A stretch of 64,000 nt of DNA from Octopus sinensis (GCF_006345805.1 NC_043020.1:10788001-10852000), one strand, 5' to 3'. Shown: positions 26,301 to 40,900, counted from the first letter of the stretch. Numbers and translations are program-made. Notes: generated by a model from the sequence alone, not told the origin.

Positions 26301-29300
26301 TGGTCACAAAGCCAAACAACTTAATAAAGAAAGCCATCAAAGAGATAAGAACGACAGCTGAAAACACCTCGAGGTGGCTGTGGTTGATAAGAGGCCACAA
26401 GTGGAACCCTTCCAGAGACGAATACTCATTCAGCCCTCACTGCCCCACTTCAGTAAAGCATACATGTTAAGGGGTGAAATATTTGTGACCCCTGAGATAT
26501 CTGCTGATAATACAGATCCAGTTTCCAGAGAAGAGCTTGCGATACCTCTGAGAGGTTCTTACAGTTTCTGACGTATCATCATCCTCATCATCATTTAGCA
26601 TCTGCTTTCCATGCTGGCATGGGTTAGACAATTTAAGTGGAACTGGTAAACCAGAGAGCTGTACCAAGTCCCAGTCCGATCTGACATGATTTCTACAGCT
26701 TCCTAATGCCAACCACTACCAGAGTGTACTCTTTACTCTTTTACTTGTTTCAGTCATTTGACTGTGGCCATGCTGGAGCACCGCATTTAGTCGAGCAAAT
26801 CGACCCCGGGACTTATTCTTTGTAAGCCCAGAACTTATTCTATCAGTCTCTTCTGCCGAACCGCTAAGTGACGGACACATAAACACACCAGCATGTGGTT
26901 GGTTAGCAAGCAATGCTAGGGGGACAAACACAGACACACAAACACACACATACATATATATATACATATATACGACAGGCTTCTTTCAGTTTCCGTCTAC
27001 CAAATCCACTCACATAGCTGAGAGCAATAGTCAAAGTGGCTTAGGACAAGTGTCCTCCAGAGGACCATCATGGTTTCCTGGTCTCTTGTTCTAAAGGTTC
27101 TAAGAATCCATCCGGTCAGCCGCCTACATTTCATTGCCTTTTACGTGTCTTTATGTGTCACCTGTACGTGACACCTGCATCAGCCATGAATATGATTTTA
27201 TTTGGCTTGACAAATCTTTTCAAGCACAGTATATTGCCAAACATCTTGGCCGCTTGTCATCAAACCTGTGAGACCCAACATTCAAAGATCATGCTTCACC
27301 ACCTTGTCCCATGTCTTCCTGAGTCTACCTCTTCCACAGGTTTCCTCTGCAGTTAGAGATAATATTGCAAGTTTTACATAAGTCTTAATGAAAAATAGTA
27401 CTATACAAGGCCACATTATAATATTCTCCTAAAGTGCTATACAAGGCTACACTATTCACCCCCACCAAGTGGTTAAAGTGTTGTACTCAATCTAAAATTG
27501 TGGTTTTAATCATTTTTAGAAACTTTCTGACAAAAATTACAACTTTCACAGATAACTTTTACCTTTTACCGGTTTCACTCATTGAACAGCAGCCATGCTG
27601 GAGTACCACGCTGAAGGGTTTAGTCAACACTTCAGGTTACAAAAGAGCAGATGAGACTGAGATTACATATTTCTTTACTAACCACAAGGGGCCAACCACA
27701 AGGGGCCAACCACAAGGGGCCAAACACAGAGAGGACAAACAAGGACAGACAAACGGAATGAGTCGATTACATCGACCCCAGTGTGTAACTGGTACTTATT
27801 TAATCGACCCCGAAGGGATGAAGGGTAAAGTCGACCTCGGCGGAATTTGAACTCAGAACGTAATGGCAGACGATTATACATTTCGCCTGGCGTGCTAACA
27901 ATTCTGCCAGCTTGCCGCCTTAGAGTCTGAGATTACAACACTCTCCATTGTACAGGAGATTGATCTGTTGCAGGATTAACTGCCCAGTTATTGCTGGAAC
28001 GTTCGTCAGCAAAAGATAAATTACTATATAAAACTGCTTTCCACAGTTAACCCTTTAGTGTTCAGATTATTCTATCAAACATAATGCCTATTGATTCCCA
28101 TTTATTTGAATTAATCATGCATCATCTCATATCTTCAAGATGTTGATGGTGTAATTACTTAATGTAGAATAACATTGTAGGGTAGGTGCGAGAGCCTGGA
28201 TCTGGTCAGTTCGAACATAAAACAGATTAACTATTTTGGCCGGATATAGCCGGGTTAAATACTAAAGGGTTAAAGGTAATGAAATTTAGAATGACGGAGA
28301 TGTACTTGCATAGCAAGTGACTTGATCTGAGATCGTGTGCTGGAATGAAAACAATTTCAGCGTGGAAGGTGTTTATAAGCCATTTAAGAAACACACAAAA
28401 GCGTTAGATTCACTTCAACATTTAAATTTAATTCGTCAAAATATTTTCGATGCTTTGAGACTGCGACATGTTCACTGACAAAACTTCGTGCTGCATCTCA
28501 AAGTTTTGTCAGTGAACAGGTCGCGGTCTCAAAGCGACGAAAATATTTTGACAAATTAAATTTAAATGTTGAAGTGAATCTAATGGTTTTTGTGTGTTTC
28601 TTAAATGGCTTATAAACACCTTCCACGCTGAAATTTAGAATGGCTATATCTGAATTTTATAATAAAAGAGTTAATGATGACAAAGTTATTTTACTAAATC
28701 TTCATTATTTTAAAAATTAATTGAAACAACTGCAGAGTATTTCAACAGAAATTCCTGACCAATTGTTTCCGATCTAATGGGAAAGCCCTGGCAGCTGACT
28801 TAATAACTGTGGTTCATATACAAGAATCTGACATCAAAATCATGATATAGAGATAAAATTTGTTGACACAAATGTAAGTGGATCAGATTAATGTCGCCAA
28901 TGTAGACAATAAGCTTTTTTTAAAAAATCACCCTTCTGGTTTATGACCAGGAAAAACTTACTGTCAGTTACAAACTCAACACATTCTATAATGTTAGGTC
29001 TCAATGGTAATTAATTAACAAGATCCAAGCATCAATCAACAATTACAGAACTGCTTGCCACAGTTAACCCTTTAGTGTTCAGATTATTCTATCAAACATA
29101 ATGCCTATTGATTCCCATTTATTTGAATTAATCATGCATTATCTCATATCTTCAAGATGTTGATGGTGTAATTACTTAATGTAGAATAACATTGTAGGGT
29201 AGGTGCGAGAGCCTGGATCTGGTCAGTTTGAACATAAAACAGATTAACTATTTTGGCCGGATATAGCCGGGTTAAATACTAAAGGGTTAAAGGTAATGAA

Positions 29301-32300
29301 ATTTGGAATGACGGAGATGTACTTGCATAGTAAGTGACTTGATCTGAGATCGTGTGCTGGAACGAAAACAATTGCAGCGTGGAAGGTGTTTATAAGCCAT
29401 TTAAGAAACACACAAAAGCGTTAGATTCACTTCAACATTTAAATTTAATTTGTCAAAATATTTTCGATGCTTTGAGACTGCGACCTGTTCACTGACAAAA
29501 CTTCGTGCTGCATCTCAAAGTTTTGTCAGTGAACAGGTCGCGGTCTCAAAGCGACGAAAATATTTTGACAAATTAAATTTAAATGTTGAAGTGAATCTAA
29601 TGGTTTTTGTGTGTTTCTTAAATGGCTTATAAACACCATCCACGCTGAAATTTAGAATGGCTATATCTGAATTTTATAATAAAAGAGTTAATGATGACAA
29701 AGTTATTTTACTAAATCTTCATTATTTTAAAAATTAATTGAAACAACTGCAGAGTATTTCAACAGAAATTCCTGACCAATTGTTTCCGATCTAATGGGAA
29801 AGCCCTGGCAGCTGACTTAATAACTGTGGTTCATATACAAGAATCTGACATCAAAATCATGATATAGAGATAAAATTTGTTGACGCAAATGAAAGTGGAT
29901 CAGATAACTGTCGCCAATGTAGACAATAAGCTTTTTTTTAAAAAAACACCCCAGTCTGGTTTATGACCAGGAAAAACTTACTGTCAGTTACAAACGACAC
30001 ATTCTATAATGTTAGGTCTCAATGGTAATTAATTAACAAGATCCAAGCATCAATCAACAATTACAGGGATTCTCTTCAGTAAATCTTTAACCCTTTAGTG
30101 TTCACATTATTCTGCCAAAATTAATGCTTTTTTATCCACATTGTTTTGAACTAATCATTCATTATCTGGTAGCTATGAGATTTTGATGAGGTAGCTGTTA
30201 ATTTTTAAAACGATATTGTAGGGTTGGTGTGAGAGTTCAGATCTAGCCAGTTTGAACATAGAATAGGTAGAATACTTTTGGCCGGATATGGCCGGTTTAA
30301 ATGCTAAAGGGTTAAAAAATTAAAACTGATAAATTTTTAATAGTATAGTTGTGTATGAAAGAGAAGCAGGGTACAATATGATAATGTTTATCTTTTATTG
30401 TTCACTTCCATCACTCTCTCTCTCTCTCATCCATCACATCCTCTGCCATCATCCCATATTTACCATTATTCCTTCTTCCATCTCTCTCTTTTTTCCCCTT
30501 CATACTGCCTTAGTAAATTCTGAGTAAAGCATGCAATTGTTGGACATATCCAGAAAACTAGAGTTAAAACCTTAAATCTTCTTCACTCATGTGGCTTCTA
30601 TACAACCTCCTTACCAACAACCATCAAGCAGCAGTCAATAGCTCTTTCTCTCCCTCTTCCATTACCCTCCTATATATCACCCTTTCACTCTGGTTCTCTA
30701 ATCCCACACTCTACTGTCCATTCTAACTATATGTGTCCAACAAGCATTGCTCTAATAGCCTGGATGACATCAGGACAAGTACCTCTCTCACCCTCTTTTT
30801 ACTTAAATTCCACATCTGGTGCCCTGAGGATAACATTAATTTATCTCTGACAACCTTTTGCCCATTTACCTTAACATCCACAACAAGGGCTGATATAGTG
30901 TAGAAGGCACACTCTTAGCCCGAGTAAACTATCTAGAAGAACGATCTATCCATTTCTTATACTCTAAGAAGGCCTTCTGCTAATAAACTATGTACAATAT
31001 AAAGATAATACAAAGCTCTCTCTATGAGACTCCCTAATATACCACATAGTGCCAAAGAGATATCAACATAATCCAGCTGCACTTATAACACTTATATCTG
31101 GTCAGTTTGAACATAAAACAGATTTTGGCCGGATATAGCCGGGTTAAATACTAAAGGGTTAAAGGTAATGAAATTTAGAATGACGGAGATGTACTTGCAT
31201 AGTAAGTGACTTGATCTGAGATCGTGTGCTGGAACGAAAACAATTGCAGCGTGGAAGCCATCTTCACTATAACCTGAACACAGCATCAAAGAGAATAGGT
31301 TGCCACTCTATACAATCCATACTAGCATGTAAAAATGGAAATAAAATGATGATGTGTCTAAGATTCTTTTGCATATATATATGTGGCCTACCATCAACAT
31401 TCAGCTGTGAAACAAATAATGGCTGTGGGCGGATGTTTGTGAGATGCCTTCAACACTGAAATAAAAGCAAACTTTATTTTATCAAGTGCACTTCAGGATC
31501 ATCTTTTTTTCTTTCTTTTTTTTATTCTAGAAAGTTTCTAACATCATCGTTTAATCGTTTAACGTCCGTTTTCCATGCTAGCATGGGCTGGACGGTTCAA
31601 CTGGGGTCTGGGAAGCCAGAAGGCTGCGCCAGGCCCAGTCTGATCTGGCAGTGTTTCTACAGCTGGATGCCCTTCCTAACGCCAACCACTCCGTGAGTGT
31701 AGTGGTTGCTTTTTACATGCATCATCATTTAATCGTTTAACGTCCGTTTTCTATGCTAGCATGGGCTGGACGGTTCAACTGGGATCTGGGAAGCCAGAAG
31801 GCTGCGCCAGGCTCCAGTCTGATCTGGCAGTGTTTCTACAGCTGGATGCCCTTCCTAACGCCAACCACTCCGTGAGTGTAGTGGTTGCTTTTTACATGCA
31901 TCATCATTTAATCGTTTAACGTCTGTTTTCCATGCTAGCATGGGCTGGACGGTTCAACTGGGATCTGGGAAGCCAGAAGGCTGCGCCAGGCTCCAGTCTG
32001 ATCTGGCAGTGTTTCTACAGCTGGATGCCCTTCCTAACGCCAACCACTCCGTGAGCGTAGTGGGTGCTTTTTACGTGCCACCCGCACAGGTGCCAGACGA
32101 AGCTGGCAAACGGCCAAAAAATTACAAAAACTTTCACAGATTGCATTTACCTTTTATCTTTTATTTGTTTCACTCATTGGACTGCGGCCATGCTGGGGCA
32201 CAACCCTGATGGGTTTAGTCAACCAAATTGACCCCAGTAATTATATTTTAACTCTGGTACTTATTCAATCAGATATTTTTTTTTTCCTGAACCACTAAGT

Positions 32301-34097
32301 TAGGGGGACATAAACAAACCAATCATGGTTATCAAGAGGGGGGGGGCAGAAAAAAAAACACACACATGCACATGTGTGTTCTTCCTCCTACTACTAAACC
32401 TCTTCTAAATTCCTTAAACCCTTTCTTATCCTTCAAATCACCCCTCTCCTCATCTTTTCTCTTCATCTCACTCAAGACTTTGCTTCTCCTCATTCCATTA
32501 ACCCTTTCATTACTGTATTTATTTTGAGACATTTTGTGTTTCTTTCATTTAATTACTTTAACCCTTTAGTGTTCACATTATTCTGCCAAAATTAATCCTT
32601 TTTTATCCACATTGTTTTGAACTAATCATGCATCATCTTGTAGCTATGAGATTCTGATGAGGTAGCTGTTAATTTTTAAAACGATATTGTAGGGTTGGTG
32701 TGAGAGACCAGATCTGGCCAGTCTGAACATAAAACAGGCAGAATACTTTTGGCCGGATATGGCCGGTTTAAATGCTAAAGGGTTAAATATAACAAAGAAT
32801 TTAGTAAAATAACTTAGTTAAGTTAGTGTTAGGAACATAAATTGTGACTAAGATTTGGTGGAAAATTTTAAGCAAAACTTCTGAAAACAAAACATTTGCA
32901 CTACAGAGCCAGAGGTGGTTTCAGCCGGGTGAGTAATGAAAGGGTTAATCTATTCTTCTTCCTTCTAACACTACTATCCCTACCAATTCTTGTCCACATA
33001 TGATTTACACTTGGTCCTGAATTCCTTATCAGATGCAGCCAGTTTCTTTCCACCCATCCCACTTAGAGGATGTAAAACTCTGCTGGCTTTCATTAATTTC
33101 TAGCCTTTCAACCTTTCCCTCAAAGAGTATCCGTGTTCAATATATTGGATTTTTTTTCTACTCCTCCTGACAAATTCACTGTAGTTTTCTTACTCTTTAC
33201 TCTTTTACTTGTTTCGGTCATTTGACTGCGGCCATGCTGGAGCACCGCCTTTTAGTCGAGCAAATCGACCCCAGGACTTATTCTTTGGAAGCCTAGTACT
33301 TATTCTATCGGTCTCTTTTTTGCCAAACCGCTAAGTTACGGGGTCGTAAACACACCACTATCGGTTGTCAAGCGATGTTGGTGGGGACAAACACAAACAT
33401 ATACACACACATACATATATACATAAATATATACATATATACGACGGGCTCCTTTCAGTTTCCGTCTACCAAATCCACTCACAAGGCATTGGTCGGCCCG
33501 AGGCTATAGTAGAAGACACTTGCCCAAGGTGCCACGCAGTGGGACTGAACCCGGAACCACGTGGTTCGTAAGCAAGCTACTTACCACACAATCGATTTTA
33601 CTACAACTTCATCTACACACACATAATTTCCATCTACCAAAGCTACCTACAAAGCTTTACTTGACCCAGGGTTATAGGAGCGGACATCAGCCCAAGGTGT
33701 CGAGCAGTGGGATTGATCCCAAGACCATATGGCTGGGAATCAAGCTTCTCAACCACACAGCCATGCCTGGAGCAATGGTTATCAGCAGATAACTACCTTT
33801 GCCATGTTGTAACCCTTTAGCTGCTAGGTTATCTGGGCAGCTAAACTATATTAAGATTAGCAGCAACCAACATCTCACCAAGCTCTTACTCTTTTTACTC
33901 TTTTACTTGTTTCAGTCATTTGACTGCAGCCATGCTGGAGCACCGCCTTTTAATGGAGCAACTCGACCCCGGGACTTATTCTTTGTAAGCCCAGTACTTA
34001 TTCTATCGGTCTCTTTTGCTGAACCGCTAAGTAACGGGGACATAAACACACCAGCATCGGTTGTCAAGCAATGCTAGGGGGACAAACACACAAACAT

Positions 34098-34138
<41 letters not shown>

Positions 34139-37100
34139 CACGTATATACGACAGGCTTCTTTCAGTTTCTGTCTACCAAATCCACTCACAAGGCTTTGGT
34201 CGGCCCGAGGCTATAGTAGAAGACACTTGCCCAAGGTGCCACACAGTGGGACTGAACCCGGAACCATGTGGTTGGTAAACAAGCTACTTACCACACAGTC
34301 ACTCCACTATTCAGAAATTACGTAAATATTCTCTGGAAGTGCTATACAAGGCCACATTATAATATTCTCCTAAAGTGCTATACAAGGCTATTCACCCCCA
34401 CCAAGTGGTTAAAGTGTTGTACTCAATCTAAAATTGTGGTTTTAATCATTTTTAGAAACTTTCTGACAAAAATTACAACTTTCACAGATAACTTTTACCT
34501 TTGATCTTTTACCGGTTTCACTCATTGGACTGCAGCCATGCTGGGGCACCACCCTGAAGGGTTTAGTCAACCCTTCAGGTTACAAAAGAGCAGATGAGAC
34601 TGAGATTACATATTTCTTTACTAACCACAAGGGGCCAAACACAGAGAGGACAAACAAGGACAGACAAATGGAATGAGTCGATTACATCGACCCCAGTGTG
34701 TAACTGGTACTTATTTAATCGACCCCGAAGGGATGAAGGGTAAAGTCGACCTCGGCGGAATTTGAACTCAGAACATAACGGCAGACGATATACGGCTACG
34801 CATTTCGCCCGGCGTGCTAACATTTCTGCCAGCTCACCGCCTTAGAGACTGAGATTATAACACTCTCCATTGCACAGGAGATTGATCTGTTGCAGGATTA
34901 ATTTCCCAGTTATTGCTGGAACACGTTTACAGCTGAGTGGACTGAGTAACATGAAACGAAGTTTGTTCAACAACACAATACATTACCTAGACCAGGAATC
35001 GAAACCCATTTTAGATTTGTCAGTACAGCACTCTAACCACTTGGTGGGGTGAATTGTGTAGCCCTACATAACACTTTGAGGCAATATTTAGATCATTTCT
35101 GAATAGTATGTAGCTTGGTGAAATCATCATGATCATGATCATCATCATCATCATCATCATCATCATCGTTTAATGTCTGCTTTCCCGGGGTCTGGGAAGC
35201 AAGGAGGCTGCACCAGGCTCCACTCTGATCTGGCAGTGTTTCTACAGCTTGATGCCCTTCCTAACGCCAACCACTCTGTGAGTGTAGTGGGTGCTTTTTA
35301 CGTGCCACTGGCACAGGTGCCAGGCGAGGCTGGCAACGGCCACAATCAGATGGTGCTTTTTACGTGCCACCGGCACAGAGGCCAGTTGTGGCGGCACTGG
35401 CAACAGCCACGTTTGGATGGTTCTTTTACGTGCCACTGGCACTGGTATCACAACTACAATTTCCATTGATTTTTGATCGATTTCGATTTACATATATATA
35501 TATATATACATATATATATATGTATATATATATATATTAATAAATGAAATAAAACATATGCATATATATAAACATATATGTATGTACCTACCTCTACATG
35601 TACATATACACGCATATATGAGTACAGGACACCAAAGGGACGTCGAACACAAAGAGAAACGAAAACATAGACACAAACCAAAGGAATTGGACATTTTTTT
35701 AAAAACAACAAAAAATGGAGTACAAGACAAATATGTATATATGTGTGTATATGTATATACATATATATATATGTGTGTGTGTGTATATGTATATACATAT
35801 ATAAAGATGTGTGTGTATATGTATTTACATATATATATGTGTGTATTAATCATGATATAGTTTAGTCTCCCAGATAAGCTTTACTTAATGTCAAAAACAA
35901 AGTTTACAAAGAGGAAAATGTAATTTTATATTTTTACTGACTGACTTGTTACTGTTTGCATTGGAAAAATGAATTTAGGACATTACAAACTGGCTCAGTT
36001 GTTAACCATGTCTATCACTAACAGAATTAAAAGATTATATTCTGATTTGCTTCTTTTGCTGAAATGCTAAGTTACAGGGACATAAAAAAAAAAATAAACC
36101 AATACTGGTTGTCAAGCAGTGGTGGGGGACCAACACAAGCATACACATATCAACTCACTCCTTCCTGAACCACTTCTATCCCTCTCACCTCCCCCTCTAT
36201 CAACCACCGCCGCCCCGACTGGCCTCGTGCCGGTGGCACGTAAAAAGCACCGTCCGATCGTGGCCATTGCCAGCCTCGCCTGTGGCACGTAAAAAGCATT
36301 ACCCGATCGTGGCCGTTTGCCAGCCTCGTCTGGCACGTAAAAAGCACCCACTACACTAACGGAGTGGTTGGCATTAGGAAGGGCATCCAGCCGTAGAAAC
36401 CATGACAGAACAGACTGAGCTTGATGCAGCCTTCTGGCTTCCCAGACCCCAGTTGAACCGTCCAACCCATGCTAGCATGGAAAGCGGACGCTAAACGATG
36501 ATGATCTTCACCCCCTTTCAACACTCATTATATCCACCTCCACCTCAATCTCTAACCAGCACCTCCCACACTCTTATAAAGTCACCCACCCTCCCCTTCC
36601 TTCTTGATTCAGTCTATATTCTCCTTTATACTGACCCTTTTTTTGCATTGTGAGTAAGCTGTGGGGCACCCTGTCACCACCATCTTTATCTCCCTTCCAA
36701 ACGACTCTCACACACCCACACATAATGCAGATGGGGCCATGTATCTCCTCTATAGCAAAACACTTGTGCTTGTCCCTCTATCCCCCTTACAAACAATAAC
36801 TCTGAGCACCTTTTCAAACTCCACCCATCTAACACCCGTGGACATATTTACAAAGTCAGAAAACAGCACAGCTCCCATGACTTTAGGAAACATTTTTTCA
36901 CGCTGAGAGTTGCTGAAGCATGGAACAAACTGCCGGCATCAGTTATTAGTTGTCGGAGCACTGCATCCTTCAAAACTTCCATGCTTCCTGAGATTCGCCA
37001 ACACTACACCTGATTTTCTCCCCTCCATACACACGCAAGCATGTATCTGACTCATACATTGTTCGCTTTCCAGACATTTGTACATTACTGCATATACTTT

Positions 37101-37932
37101 ATACGCACTTTCTGACAAGTTGTGGTGCACCTGAGCACTGTATACAATAATTTCATTAATATTATTATCATCATACTTTAGCCTTTAACACCTGGCATAA
37201 AACCATCTCCCCCTTTCTCAAATACACTCGCACTCAGACACAAAACCTTTTCCCATTTCCTTTCTTTACTTTAAGAAACTCACAAACTCATGAAGTTTTG
37301 TCAGTGAACAGGTCGCGGTCTCAAAGCGACGAAAATATTTTGGCAAATTAAATTTAAATGTTGAAGTGAATCTAACGGTTTTGTGTGTTTCTTAAATGGC
37401 TTACAAACACCTTCCACGCTGCAATTGTTTTCGTTCCAGCACACGACCTCAGATCAAGTCACTTGCTATGCAAGTACATCTCCGTAATTTCTTTACTTTG
37501 TCTTACAACAAACTCAGCAACCTTTCTGGTGCCTGTGTCATGCAAAAAAGAACCCAGTACACACTGTAAAATGGTTGACACAAGGAAGGGCATCCAGCTG
37601 TAGAAACCACGCCAGTACAGAAAATTCAGATCAACCTGGTTGATAAAGCAAATTTAGGGAAGTAGGGCAGATAGTAATCTGTTAAATTACTACTGTTATA
37701 GGGAGTGCCAGTAGGTTATGTTAGGTCAGGGAAAAATGTAATTTCACACTGCCTACATTTCTTCTTATTCACCCTTCTGCTTCTTCTTCCTCTTCTTCTT
37801 CTCCTTCCTAACTTTATCACTTATGCGGTTTAGAATAAACAAAACATTAAAAAGAAATATTTTCATGAATTGAATGACTGCTACCATCCACTGTGGGTGA
37901 CCAGTCAACACACTACTGTCATGACACTCCCA

Positions 37933-37973
<41 letters not shown>

Positions 37974-40900
37974 TCCTCCTCCTCCTTTTTCTTCTTTCTC
38001 CCTACCAAGAATTCACAATGACCTCCAACCCACAAGAGTACACAAGAGAGACACAGACAGGCAGAAACAAGGAAAAAGCCACTTGCATTTGAACATTGAT
38101 ACAAATATTCTTTTAAAAAACTTTTCTTTTAATTTTTCTAAATTTAATTGTTTAATTGTTACAGTTGAAAAAGTCTCAATGACTGAAACCGGTACTGAAA
38201 TGTTTTTTATGAAATTATTTTAGCATTTTCTATCTTGACTTTTTTTCCATATATACATATATATAGTAGAAATAGGTTACAAAAAGAAAATATAAGATAC
38301 ACGTGGAAATGTAAGGGTAAAATATGAAAAATCAACGAAAATGCACAGCGATGAATAGCTTTTTGCCGAAACCATGGTTCGCTTTGTTCTCTTACTTTAT
38401 TATCATCTTATAATCATCTCATAATGACTTTTATGACTCTTATTACTACCTCAGTCCATCTAAAAGTACATATATACATATATATATATATATATAATAA
38501 AATATTAGGGAATAAATCCAAACTTACAGGGAAAAATCAGATTTAGGATTGAATCCTATTTTATAGTAAAATATTATATTATATTAAATTAGAGATAAAA
38601 CCACTATTAGGCAAATCATACAATGAAAAACTTAAACCAATACATAAGATTAATTAATTTATATTATTTTAAATATATATCAAAATTATTAAAAAAAGAT
38701 AATTAGTATAACACTACGATCGTTTCATGGCTGTCCAATTCGTAAAAATTCGAGTTATAGTCATTCTTCAGGTGATTGAAATATCAGACTCTCTCTCTAT
38801 ATATATATATATATAGCAAGGCAACTAACCTCATCTAAAGAAGAGGTGGAAAGAACTCTTCTTTAGATGAGTTAACAGAAGTTGTATGAGGTTAGTTGCC
38901 TTGCTAGAAATACCAACAAAATTTCCCTTAAATCACATCACAGATAGTAGCAGCAATGATGATGATGATGATGATGATGGATGTGGGAGGAGGAGATAAA
39001 GGGAACAGGAAAGAAAAAACAAAAGAATAAAATGATACAAGAATGACAGGGTAACTTACCGAGCTATTGATATGCACCGTTCCATATAATTCTTGAATTC
39101 CTGGAAATTGCTTCGGCCAGTCTGTACGACTCCTGTTAGGTACAAGATATACAAATGATGTTACTGAGAAGGCAAAGAAGTGGCAGGACTATCAGAAAGG
39201 CAAATATAGCACACCACCCTCGCTCTGGGTTCAAATTTCATTTTTTGAGGGTTAAAATAGAACCCTCAAAATAGAACCAGTGATACTCAAGGGAACACGA
39301 GTGGAACACTGAGTTGATAAGGGATATCTGCCAAGTAACTGAAGGGGTTAAGGTTTTAAGTTAAGTTAATTTTTGGGCTCAAAAAGCAAAAAGCAAGGCC
39401 ATGTAGGGGGACATGGAGTTATGTACAGGGAGGGTGTTCATGCAAAGAGTTCAGGCCATTTCTGGTCAAGAGAGATTTTGAACCGAGCGGTCGTCGGCAT
39501 CTTCACTATCTCATCCGGCAGCTTATTCCACGGATCCGCAACCTGGACGGAGAAAGCCCCTCTCCTTCGATTGAGATGAAATCGTCGCAGATAGAGCTTT
39601 TCGGAGTGATCCCGCAGCCCACGCTCTGGGGCAGGAGTGAAGAACAGCTCTTTCGAGAGGTTACACTTTCCGCTTATGATGTTGTGAGCAAGAATGAGAT
39701 CACCACGGCAGCGGCGTTTTTCTAGAGAATAAAGGTCGAGCGTCTTCAGCCTTTCTTCATAAGACAAATAGTTCAACTACAGCTGTTGTCTTGTATCCTT
39801 GTTCAAGACTCAAAATAGCTTGGTACATCTGGTCGCATGTAGGTACCACAATGTAGGATTTTTGCATGCATCATCCTGTGATGCACCTGAACGCATCATC
39901 AATGATGTTTCCTGGAGTTGTTGGAGTTTTGTGCCTTTCAACAATCAGACACCCTCACCCAAGTGACGCAGCCACCGTTGGTCAAGCCCCGGGTGATATA
40001 TATTTCTTTATTGCCCACAAGGGGCTAAACATAGAGAGGACGAACAAGGACAGACAAAGGGATTAAGTCGATTGCATCGACCCCCAGTGCGAAACTGGTA
40101 CTTGTATTTATCGACCCCGAAAGGATGAAAGGCAAAGTTGACCTTGGTGGAATTTGAACTCAGAACGTAACAACAGACAAAATATCTATTTCTTTACTAC
40201 CCACAAGGGGCTAAACACAGAGAGGACAAACAAGGACAGACAAACGGATTAAATCGATTACATCGACCCCCCCAGTGCGAAACTGGTACTTATTTAATCG
40301 ACCCCGAAAGGATGAAAGGCAAAGTCGACCTCGGTGGAATTTGAACTCAGAACGTAACGACAGATGAAATACCGTTAAGCATTCTGCCCGGTGCGCTAAC
40401 GTGTCTGCCAGCTCGCCACCTTCCCCAGGTGATATATCGAGTTTAGTATTACTCATCGCAGCACACCTCCTGATCCACAGCCACTCTGAGACAACCTTTG
40501 CTGCCTCCATAGCCGACTTAATGGCCCCTGTGATGCTTGGCATGTTATAGACTCAGCATGAGAACACACCTGCAAACCCTCAGCATCCCACATCAATAGA
40601 AACCGTCTTTCATGCCACTGATTGTTTCAGTGTAACTCCACCAGCTCAGCAGATATTTCACACATTTCCTCTCATCTACCTCCAAAATACAGTCCTTCCA
40701 GGGAATGGATGGAGGGTTCTAACAGAACCACCTGTTTGAATGTTTTTAAGATCAGCTCAGTAAGCAGAGAAAGCATTGTGGAATTAGTGAGTGCTTCCAT
40801 AGCTTGTAGTACCAAGTTCGGATCTTTTCGGTTTGAACGGCAGTTTTTTCTAGCGGTATCATATGAAATTGTCACCCGTAATAATGACCCTAGTATCAAT

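Larger units (their letters stand above)
28033..30066. repeat. About 1017-bp tandem duplication (MITE + fold-back PLE + unique intron DNA)
   Basis: Units 28033-29046 and 29050-30066 are near-identical; a partial third copy lies at about 31093-31258. Confidence 0.9.
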
